DNA from: Felis catus
Taxonomy: Eukaryota
DNA length: 64,000 bases
Direction: 5' to 3'
NCBI RefSeq assembly: GCF_018350175.1
Contig: NC_058368.1
Coordinates: 155,746,001-155,810,000, forward strand
Position numbers and translations under genes: made by a program. Position 1 is the stretch's first letter. Each line of letters opens with the position of its first letter. This document shows, piece by piece, positions 53,328 through 64,000 of this stretch. Under the pieces are notes generated by a model. The model searched no databases. It was not told the DNA's origin and saw only the letters and a program-made list of their open reading frames with translations.

Positions 53328-55929
53328 AAGAATCCATATTTCTTATTATTAAGTTGTGTACAGTTATACTTTGAAATACAGCATCCAAAATAGTAACTAC
53401 TTCAATAATTCAAAATGAATCATTTTTGTGAGTGTTTGGATTAAACAGTGAAAGAGTAAACATGGACTGAACTTGAAATTACTTTTTATTATTACACACT
53501 TAGAATGTGTGTGTATCTTAGAATAAGATACAATGTATTATCAGAATTATGGTAGAGAGTATTAAGTAGTCACAGTTCCTTTTGTCTCTGGAACACTAAA
53601 TCAATTTATATATACCTCAGATCATTAATGAAACGAATTTCCTAATTTCTACATAAAATGATCTATACGGACACTCTGACACAGCTTAGAAGGTGGTATT
53701 CTGAATAACTGAAGGTTAACTTTTTAAACCCAAACTTTCATTTTAACCTGTGAAAATCTTTCTAAAGTGTTACCTCTCTGCGTAAATGAGATAATCTAAT
53801 GCTGCCTCAGTAACTGAGGTCATTATTACTGAACATTAATTAACTCATTATTTCCATGCTATAAACATGAGTGATTCGGGATACTGGACAAAAACAGTGA
53901 AGGCCTAGGGCATCTTATGGAATTGTTTTCTTGATGTTTTACCTCTTTCTCATAAAAGTAGAAAGTAGGAAAAAAAGTAGAAAGATCCCCTGTAACATGG
54001 CATGGTTACTATTTTTACTTAATAATTTACTAAATTAGCAAATTTCCCCTCAGATGCTCTCTTGCCTTCAATAGCACTGTCTTCCATACTTGATCAGCGA
54101 CTAAGAGTTTTTCAGTTACATCAAAAGCTTCTTTATTTGTACTGGAAAACCAAGCAATCATGCTCATCACTAACTTCATTACCTTTTTGAGGTAATACTG
54201 CCATCTTGTGGACTTAAAAATATTCCTGGTAAAAAAGATCAAAGGCAAGTTGCATTTTCCTAACTACAGGCATAAATAGGTATTACTTCTGAGTATAATG
54301 CAGCGTGCGACACTTGAGTGTGCCACATAATCAAGATTTTACTCTACACTGAACAGACACTTGTACCTCATCATACAATCAATTCGTGATAAAATTCTTG
54401 GTTGAACCAGATAATCACAAAGGTATGTATAGTCTAGTAGCTCCCAAACACAATCACAAAGCTTCAAAGAAATCTTCATGGATATATGAAGGACATGAAG
54501 AAAGTTGAAAAAAAGGTAATATAACGATTTTCGCACACGCATATGAAGTCCAAACATATGAGAATCACTAATATAGTGTTTAGAATAGTCTTTATAAAAT
54601 ACAGTCTTTAAAAAAGACTTTTTTTAGTTAACTTTCTACTCCATCCCCCAATCCCTCAATTATCTGTGCATACTAGGTGTGCTGAGTATAAAATTTAAAA
54701 GAGAATGAAGAGAATATTGAAAGAAAATGTTTCATACTGCTCATATTGGGATCATGAGGAGGATTCTAATGTAGAAGCACCTCCAAAGGGAGATTTAGGA
54801 GGACAGTATGATGAAGTTCTACCATAGCTGGATTACATTTTTATTTAGTATTTGTTTTCAAGATACATGTCTCTTTACCATTATTCTCAGTATATGCAAT
54901 AGATCAAGTAGAGAGAGCTGTGCTGGGCACATGGAAGTTAAAGTACAGGTATTATCTCTATTTTGCAGATAGGAAACTGTTCATCAGTCTTTAGTGTAGG
55001 GAGTGCCACAAAGTATTAAAAATAATTCAATTCATTGTTGCAAGTAATAGCATTAAATATTATATGGGCACACTTTCCTACTATCATTGTTAATTATGAG
55101 AAAAAACTGATAGCACATAGCATGAAAAAGAGGCAGAAGCAAATCATCAATCAGAGGAATATTATCTGGGCAATTACTGAGAAAAAGAAACTAAGAATCT
55201 CATTTAAATGCATTTTGGCCCTTAGTTGTATGTCAAATAAAAGGCAAAGCTGCTATCAAGTACACTGAAATTTAAGGAAAGTATGAAATGTATATTTACA
55301 ATGTATTAAAACAGTCACTAATATATTATCTATGCTTTACTAAGTTTAATAAAGGCAATTTAAATAGTATTTTCAACTGATGGTATTTATGTTTTAAAAA
55401 GAATATGACCTATTTCAAGTGAAGAAAAATCAGGAACACATTAGGTTAGTGTTAAAAGTCATGTTCTGTTCCATTGGTTTGTAATTCCATGCGTCTTTGT
55501 CTTGGCTTTTTTCAGTTCTGGCATCAGATGGCTAATAAAAATTACTAGCTTTACACACAGAGCACTCTACCTGCTATCCTTTCATGACCTCAGTAACAGC
55601 AAGCTAGAGGAAACATTACATACAATGTTTGTCTTGTATGAACTCAAAACTCTCTGCTCTAGCAGAGATCTTGATTCAGGGAATTTCTTTACTATCTAAA
55701 ATATTCATGGTAAAAGTTTTGCAAGATAAAGATAGGATATAACAAGGACAAGTAGTAGCAGCAAATAAAGCAAATGAAATTTTACAAAGGGGGAAAATAT
55801 GGGAATATCAGAGGAAAGAAAGGCAAAGCCATAACAAGCATTTGGACTATTCCATGAGAACATAAATGGACATGGAGAATTAAGACTTACAGATGTATTC
55901 TCTCCTTCCTTGGGATCAGCATGCAGGAA

Positions 55930-56920
55930 ACTCATTCTATGTATTCTTTCACTTGAAATATTTTCTGAAAATAGACTATAGGCCAGGAATGGAGTTAATG
56001 GACAGGGATAACTGATAAGGCAGACATAGCCCTTGCCCTCACAGCAGAAGGAAAGATAAACAGATAATTACAGCTGTGAAAATCACTTCAAAGGACAAAT
56101 AAATGTGCCATAAGAACATATAACAGAGGTTAACTTAATTAGGAGATACTAGAAGTAGGTTAGGAAGATTTCCCTACAAAATCAACCTTTAAGCTTAACA
56201 CCTAAAAGTTGGACAGACTATAAAGCATAGCTTGAAAGAGGCTGAGAATCAGGTAACCAGTGCACATAAGAGCAACAGAAGGGTTTAAGATGGAAAGTGA
56301 CATGATCAAATGTGTGTGTTCAAAGATCATTCCGGTTCCTAAATGGAGTTGGGCTGAAAAGAGATCAGAGTGGATGTGGAGACACATTATAAGACAAACG
56401 TAGTAGTACATGTAAGAGATGATAGTGGCTTTGATTACAATGTGACAGTGGAAATGTACAGGAGATAAATTCAAGAGACAATGAAGTAGAAGTGACAGAA
56501 TTTGGTGACTGATTACATGTGGGAAGTAAGGGAATAGAAGATGCCTAGGTTTTTGACATGGGCTATGATGGTAATGTTGATGCCATTTACAGAGAACATA
56601 GGGGAACAAGTTTCTAAGGGAGGGAACAAAGGGAGAAATGTGTTTACTTTGGGTTATAGCAGTATAAAGAAGCCAGTGAGAGATGCAAAAAAAAGACGTC
56701 AGCACTTGAATACAGGAGTCTAGAGTTCAGAAGACTGATTTGGTGTAGGAATTCACATTTGGGAGCTTTTAAGAGAATCAATGGTAATTGAAGTCATGAA
56801 GTAAAAGACACTGCCTAGACAGAGAATATAAGGTAAGAAAAGGGTCTATGAAAGAACACTAAAAAAGTCCAATATTTAAAAGCAGATACAAAAGAAACTA
56901 ACAAGACAAACTTGGAAGAA
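55930..56920 (-). mobile_element. Ancient LINE-2 fragment
   Basis: L2-like motifs such as gtgacatgatcaaatgtgtgt, acagaatttggtgactgatt and atgccatttacagag. Boundaries are approximate. Confidence 0.65.
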
Positions 56921-57259
56921 TTAGCCAAAGTGTCAGTTTGCTGTGAAGAATACTTTGTTGAAAAGTTTTCTGATGCCATGCCCAAGATGTTTCATATACT
57001 AAAAAGATGTCATTTGATATCTTAAGCATTAGAAAAACAATAGGCAAATCCACATTTTTATTTTGTACATTTACCTAAGGATTTTAAAGCTTTTATAAAG
57101 AAGTGGTAATTATCTGTTTAAGACTTTGCTTTACCTGTAAATGACACTAAAAATTTTTTCAATTAGATTTATTTACTTTCAAGTTTGTAGAAAAACACAA
57201 ATTTTTAAATTTATTATTTTACCATATGTTGTTAAAATGGCTTAACAAAGTATTTTTTT

Positions 57260-57467
57260 TTTTCCAACGTTTATTTATTTTTGGGACAGAGAGACACAGA
57301 GCATGAACGGGGGAGGGGCAGAGAGAGAGGGAGACACAGGATCAGAAACAGACTCCAGGCTCTGAGTCATCAGCCCAGAGCCTGATGCGGGGCTCGAACT
57401 CACGGACCGCGAGATCGTGACCTGGCTGAAGTCGGACGCTTAACCGACTGAGCCATCCAGGCGCCCC
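57260..57467 (-). mobile_element. Young felid SINEC_Fc
   Basis: CpG-rich and near consensus (ggggcgcctggatggctcagtcggttaagcgtccgacttcagccaggtcacg). TSD aacaaagtattttttt at 57244-57259 and 57468-57483. Confidence 0.96.
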
Positions 57468-57510
57468 AACAAAGTATTTTTTTAATCTTATAAAGTGGTA
57501 ATGTAATTTT

Positions 57511-57569
57511 CTTTCTTTCTTTTTTTTTTTTTCTTTTTTCAGGATAGAGCACGAGGCAGGGAGAGGGGC

Positions 57570-57620
<51 letters not shown>

Positions 57621-57744
57621 CCTAAACAGGCTCCACACTCAGCACGGAGCCTGATGCAGGACTCAATCCTACAATCCTGGGATTATGACCCAAGCTGAAA
57701 CTGAAGGGCTGGATGCTCAAGTGACTGAGTCACCCCGGTGCCCC
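57511..57744 (-). mobile_element. CanSINE (older) with a long (GA)n tract
   Basis: Head gagtcaccccggtgcccc. TSD aagtggtaatgtaatttt at 57493-57510 and 57746-57763. Confidence 0.93.
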
Positions 57745-58499
57745 TAAGTGGTAATGTAATTTTTATCTCATTATAGAAGTAAACAAAAGAAGGAATCATA
57801 GGTAAGGAAACCATGGAGGGAAATGTATTTTTAGGTGAAATTTGGAGAGTATGGGTAATATATCTTATGCAATTATGACTGACAATTACTTGCAGCCCAG
57901 CTGATGGTAAAGCATTTTAAGTTCAAATTATAGGTTTAAACATTAGTACAATTTCTGGTCTTTTATGTTCATCCTACCCAGGGTATTCTAATTACGATTA
58001 GGTGCCCTAAATTGCTGTGATTAAAAACAATGAGATAAATAAATGCATCTCTCTCCTTTTCCTCCTTTTTACTAATAAGTAGGGGCAAGAATCCTGCCTC
58101 TTTGAAGTATAATTTCTTTTTTTTTTTGAAAAGTCTAATGAAAGTTTAATTTAAACTTCTTTGCTCAAAGCTCTTTGTCTACACAAAAGAAACAAGGCCT
58201 GAACAGAATATATTAATAAATTGTTGATGAGTTTATTTCTCACACATCTAAATCTCCAAATATACATTTGTTTTATTTTTTCTTATTAAAATTATCTAGA
58301 AGGAAAAAATGTAAATGTATATGACCTACAATATATTAAATCAGTTAAAATAAAAAATTCACTTCTTTCTTGAAGAATAAACAGTTAAAGTATCGTCTCT
58401 GACAGGTTGTGCGTAGATCACTTTGGATCCCAGGTTTGAGACATTTTTTGCATAATTAGAGCAGTGATAAAGACTGAGTAATGCCTTCGTGCTGGTGTG

Positions 58500-58620
58500 T
58501 CCTCAGTGATTTACATGGATTATTTTACTTAACTTCATAATGAGACTGAGAGCTGGTACTACAGCCATCCCCTCCTTTCAGATGAGGAAACTGAAGTTTA
58601 GCAAGGTTGAGCAATTAAAA
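58500..58620. mobile_element. MIR relic
   Basis: MIR core ttcagatgaggaaactgaag. Confidence 0.6.
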
Positions 58621-60489
58621 GTGAAAACATATGTAGATCATGATTCTGTTTGGTGGAAAAAATATACGTATATAGACAGATACATTATGTCTATGCGTTA
58701 TAATGCTAATATATATTAATATCTATATAGCTTCAGGGGAACAATGGAAGGATATCCATCCGAATGTTAATCAAGATTACCTCTGGCTTGGATAGAACCG
58801 GGGAGACAGGAACTTTTGTTTCTTATTTTTTTAATTGTTGGGACTGTACATATATTTTTTTCCCTTTTACTGTTTTTCATCATTTTTAAAAGGGAAAAAG
58901 AAATAAAGAACATGATTACTGTATCTGAATGGAAGCTTATATACCAATGTTAGTAAAACAGAGGGAAAGTAAGAAGAAAGAAAACAAATGATTGAAGCTT
59001 TTGAGCAATGAAAGGACATGATCCAATTTGTGTTTTCTTAATAAGTTTAATCATGTAGGAACACATATGACTATTTGAAGGCACAGAAAACAAACTGACC
59101 ACTATTTAAATAGACTGGATGTGAGATGAGGTCTTCACAGAACCTGGATTATTCTACCTGTGGGTACACAATGAAATTTTAACATGTTTTCACAGATCAT
59201 ATATCAAAGAATACTAACAAATCCTTAGGGGGTAAATGAAAAACAAACAGAGGGGTATGAGGAAGGGAGGAAGGAAGCACAATAAGTTGAACTGGTCCCA
59301 TTTTACACAGAAACTTACTGGTAAATCCAAGATTTAATGCCTAAGTTTTTAAACTATTATATGCCAAGCATGGCCTTCTCATACTCCCTCAGGAAATGGA
59401 AAACCAGAGAAATGAATATGAGTCTTCTTAAAGAAGATTGATATGTGGGTTATTTGGACCACCATTTACAAAGAATCAAAGAGAAAGTGCCAATATGTAA
59501 TCAGATGAAAAAGCTTCTAATATCACCAGGTGAGTTGGGGAATCTCATAAACCAATAAATGGTTGATTTGCCAACATACGTACTCCCAGCAATTGTTTTC
59601 AGGATGGCAGAGCAAATACTAAGAGATAAGAGAAACAAACTGGTAAAAGTGAGTAGATCCATAAAACACTAGAGAGTCGAAAGCCTTGTTTTATGGCTCT
59701 ACCCAGAGAATTTAGCTTGGCGGGCAAAGGGGAAATGGAGGTGGAAACAGATAACAACATGTTGGGCATGCTACATTGTGAAAGGATTAAATCATACAGG
59801 CTTCTAAGAAGACCTCTGCTTTTTCCCAGTCTACTTTAGCACACTGAGGAAAATCACTTTGTCACTACACATGCACATAATCTATTCTGTGCTTTAAGGA
59901 GTGCAAAACAAATGTAAACCTTGGGTGTTGCCAAATGTAAAATGGTTGATTTTCTCCTGAATGTGTAACTATCACTAAAGTGATCAATCTTACCTTAGCA
60001 ATAACTAAAAGAATTTCCAAATTTGTCAAAAGGTATAGTCACTTAAAGAAAGAATGCTTAGAAGGCATTTTCCCTTGGAATTAGATTGCTGTAAATTGTA
60101 ATGTCTTATTCTATTTGTATCTATTAGTTATAAGAATCATGACTAAGAGACAATTAGACCATGGAAAACATCTGATATTAAGAAGAAAACCCAATCTGAC
60201 ATAACTGCACTTCTTCCTTAATAAGTCATATAGTACTATACTGTGATGGTAACTATTGTAAAGACCCTGGAGAATCGAGAAAATTTCAGTTTTACTTAAA
60301 GTGCCTGAGTTGAACTGTAGTCAACAGAGCATGTCAAAATGAATCATCAGATTGGGTGGACAATGACTAACTAGTACATGAGTATTACTGTGTTCCCAAT
60401 CTCCAGGACATGCTAAGACAGATCAGGGTTCCTAGGTTCAGGCAGCTAAAGTAACTTTGCTAAGTCACATGGTTAGTTAAGTGGTGCCT

Positions 60490-60725
60490 GTGGCATATTA
60501 ATGATGACTACAAAATCTTTGATACTCTTCTCATTGAGACATGGGGTCTGAGGCCACTCTTGAATCTGGGCTGGCCTGTGACTGCTCTGACCAGCAGAGG
60601 ATGATGAAGGTGACACTATGCCAATTCCAGGCCTAACTTTTAAGAGGACTGGCAGTTTCTGCATCATTCCCCCCTCCATGGGCCATCATGAATGAAGCCG
60701 ACTAGCTGGAGGCTAACATGCCACG
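60490..60725 (+). mobile_element. MLT1-type (ERVL-MaLR) LTR fragment
   Basis: cttgaatctgggctggcctgtgactgctctgacc...gtgacactatgccaattccaggccta...aagaggactggcagtttc. Confidence 0.7.
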
Positions 60726-63700
60726 AAATATTAAAGTAACAACGTTACAACAAAAAGTACCAATTTTCCAACTATTTAAACTATAACACATTTAATGACT
60801 TCTAACTTTCGCGATACTTCAGAAGAATCAAAAGCTCCATAACAGCTGAAGTTGGAGTTATTCACTGATACATCCCCATTATCTAGAATATTGCCTTGTA
60901 CACAGATCATATACTCAATATGTTAAATGAAAAAATGAATAGTCTTTACAAAGAAGTATTCGAAAAAAGCTCAATCTATCTCTTACCACCTAAGGGAAAA
61001 AAAAAACATATACTGTACCTCCTATGCAGCTGGTAGAAAAACAGTCTCAAGTCAAGAGGAAGAAAAATTTGAGGAAGAGCCCTAATCCTGTTTCAATAAA
61101 AAAGAGCTTTCATGATTAAAGACTATCTTTTCTGATTTCCCAAGTATCTTTACTTTCCTCTTTCCTGTTAAAGAAACAGTTTCATGATTATGAGCGAAGA
61201 TGTCAATTTCTTAATAATCATAGCCTATGACATTAAGTTTAGATCATAGTACAAAAATACAGAATGCAATATATTGAAGATACTGTCCACTTGCCAATCC
61301 ATGACTGCATACTCTATGAACCGACAGATATTTTTCCCCTGCCTCAGCCACCCAATTTCCAATGCTTAAGTATAATTTTAATATCCCTTATAACAGTGGC
61401 AAATATGGCACATTTTAACTTTCATTCTAAAGGAAATAAAAAGGAGTGTTTTCTTTTGCTCTCATTCTTATGCATTTATCTAGGTGCTTCATGCAGCAAA
61501 TCCCTCCTCTGCAAAAATTCACTGTGGATTGATGGTTCACTCCAGATGGGCTGTAGTGGATGTGATAAAATGCAAATGTGAATTTTTTCAATGCTAATTC
61601 TTCAAGAAAGAAGCCAATCCTAAGGCAGGATGCAGGGACCAAATGAGGATATTAACAACATGTGGCACGAATGAAGATTTTTTTTTTTAAACTACTAACA
61701 AGCTTCTGGTGCAAGCAAACTCTATTGGCCCAGGTAGGCATGTGACAGGCCAGGGGAGAAGTTGTGCAACAGAATAAATGTAAAAGGCGAGGTGTGAGAG
61801 TAACAGGGAGGTCATGGTGAGGACAAACTCATCTCAAGGGATCTAAGCAGAACAACAGAGCAAAGGCAGAGGAAGAAAATAATACAAGAGATTCAACTAT
61901 GTTGGAATGTAGGTAATTGAGAGGAAAAGCTGATCCCACAATGAAGAGACAGCCTTGAGTCAGCCAGAAATGGATCTACTTCTCCAAGAAACAAAGAAGC
62001 TAAGAGAAATCTGCAGATATTGGCAGCAAGGAAAAGTATATGGAAGTAGAAAGATGAGGCAAAGAACCCAGGGACAGAAAGGGGGGAATAAAAAATGAGG
62101 AGGCTCCGAAGGTATATTTTCAAATCTGTACTTTTAAAGCATGCCTAGTGAATGAGAAGAACCTGGAAAAGGATGGCAAGGGTCTTGGCTTTGCAGTGAT
62201 ATCCAGACTACAGACCTCATCTTTACTCTGTTGGAGGAAACCACTTAGACCTCACTTACTAGTGTCCATGTGGACTAATAATGCTCATCTCGCTCCTCCT
62301 GCTTGCTTGCTCTTCCCTGTGTAGGGGCAGAAATTCTATGTGGTCCATGAACTGCTGTTTTTGATTCAGCCTCTTCCTCCCCACTGGGCAGCCTGCTGCC
62401 CAACGAAAGTACACATTCGTCTCTGCTGCTCAGTGCCATAAGCTTCACGCAGCGCGGTGTGTGGGTAAGTCTCCTGAGTTCTGCGGAGACAAACCTACTT
62501 GGCTAGTAGACCTAACCGATACCCCAGTCTGTTCTTTATCAGCTGTAAAAATGACACATTGATCTCTATCATCTGATTCTTTTTCTCTCAACTAGTTCTC
62601 AATGTGTGTAAAGAAAAGACACAGAAAATGTCAGAGGTGTTAAAATATAAAGAAAGTGTGCATTTTAGAATTGACAAAACACACTAATTTGATAATTAGG
62701 ATTGTGACGTACTAATTTGTGTGTGTATATGATAGAAAGGCTGGGGGCAAGGGAAAGAAGAAAGACAGGGGAAGGAGACAGAGATGACTAATATTCAATT
62801 ACCAATTACCCAAATAAGGACTTATCTACAAAAATGCTTAAATTTTCTGTATATAAAAAGGCTCTGGTCGGGTTTCAATTCTAAAATTGACATTGCAAAA
62901 GTCTTTGTTTTTTCCTACTGGAATACAGCTTTTAAGTCAGTAGGAACTCAAAGTTCTGTAAGTAAAGGTTATATATCCACTTAGGTCTAGAAACCAGGGT
63001 AAATTTTGTAAACCAACATACTTGATGACTTTTCTATGACTCTGAAGAACTGCTGAAATAGGTCTGCCGCATCAATCTCATTGTACAGCTATTCATCAAA
63101 ATATGAAATGGGGAAAATGGAAGATTGTTAAAGGAGGAGGAACAGAGTGATTTGAGAGGTTCAATTTTCACACAGAGACTTCATTAGTTTGAGTGAAGTG
63201 TTTGTTATGAGTACCTTGAATGTCTGATGGAGCTACATTAACTTTAAATTCAAATTCATCCATAGGCAAATACAAATGAGAGTTAGATGTTTATTCGTAC
63301 TATTTATTCTCACCTTCCTTAAAATATGGTGGCCTAAGACTTTCCCCAATAACCAGATACTGGATCTTATATGTTTCTGTGTAAAGCACTTTTCTGTAAA
63401 GAACCGGGCATATTGCAAATGAAATATACTGATACAAACAAAAATGATGTGGCTCCTTCATTATCTAAATATGGCCAAAGAGATCTAAATGAACACATCA
63501 TAACAAATTTTTTAATATGTGTTTTCCCCTTTTAGATCATAAGAGTTTAAATTTTTATCTTTTGTGCAACTAATATGTTAATAATGGACATAAAGGACAG
63601 ATAAACTACAGATTCTGAGTAGTATTTTATACAAGCTTCAAATATAGATAAAGAAGTTTTGTATTATAAAAGTTTTATATTTTGTATTAAAAAACAAAAA

Positions 63701-64000
63701 TACTGATGAGATATATGAGAAAGATACCAAGACATGTACTGGGATACATTAAAGAAGAGATGATATTCTTACGGCCTCCTTGTACATGTTTCTGTACAAA
63801 AACAGGAAGCTTATAAATTCTTCAATGTAGCAGAGTCATTGGTAGTTCTTAAAGTCTAAAAAAACAAAGACTTTTTTGGTAATAGTCTTTTTTGTAAAAT
63901 CTCCACATTAAAAAAAATAATAAAGTGGAAAAGTGCTTAATTGTAATGCATTCCCATGTTAAAATTAATACTTTCCTACCATTAGATACATATCCACAAT

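Noticed and set aside
36..63418. The many 60-170 aa ORFs in the supplied track
   Set aside because: Apart from the FAM172A exon, the ADIPOR1 fragment and L1 ORF2 remnants, they overlap SINEs, L2 or microsatellites, or look like chance ORFs with no recognisable homology.

Overview
AT-rich mammalian genomic DNA, almost certainly from a felid, judged by its SINEC_Fc-type CanSINEs and L1_Fc-like 3' ends. The window appears to lie inside the minus-strand gene FAM172A (ARB2A), which in human neighbours NR2F1. Only one coding exon is visible (20523-20741, 219 nt, phase 0/0). The rest is intron: CanSINEs, L1 3' fragments, ancient L2/MIR/hAT/Tc2/MaLR relics and microsatellites. Notable items are an internal, tailless ADIPOR1 cDNA fragment, a tailless 5'-half tRNA-Arg(CCT) retro-insertion with a 17-bp TSD, a twin-primed L1 with a 5' inversion, and a composite SINE-unique-SINE unit inside one TSD. 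There is also a ~33 kb stretch nearly free of young transposons, holding a dense cluster of nuclear-receptor direct repeats and a probable ultraconserved enhancer. Almost all ORFs in the supplied track are spurious. I see no evidence of a new multi-gene system. Gene and repeat identities come from recognition and recall, not from database searches.
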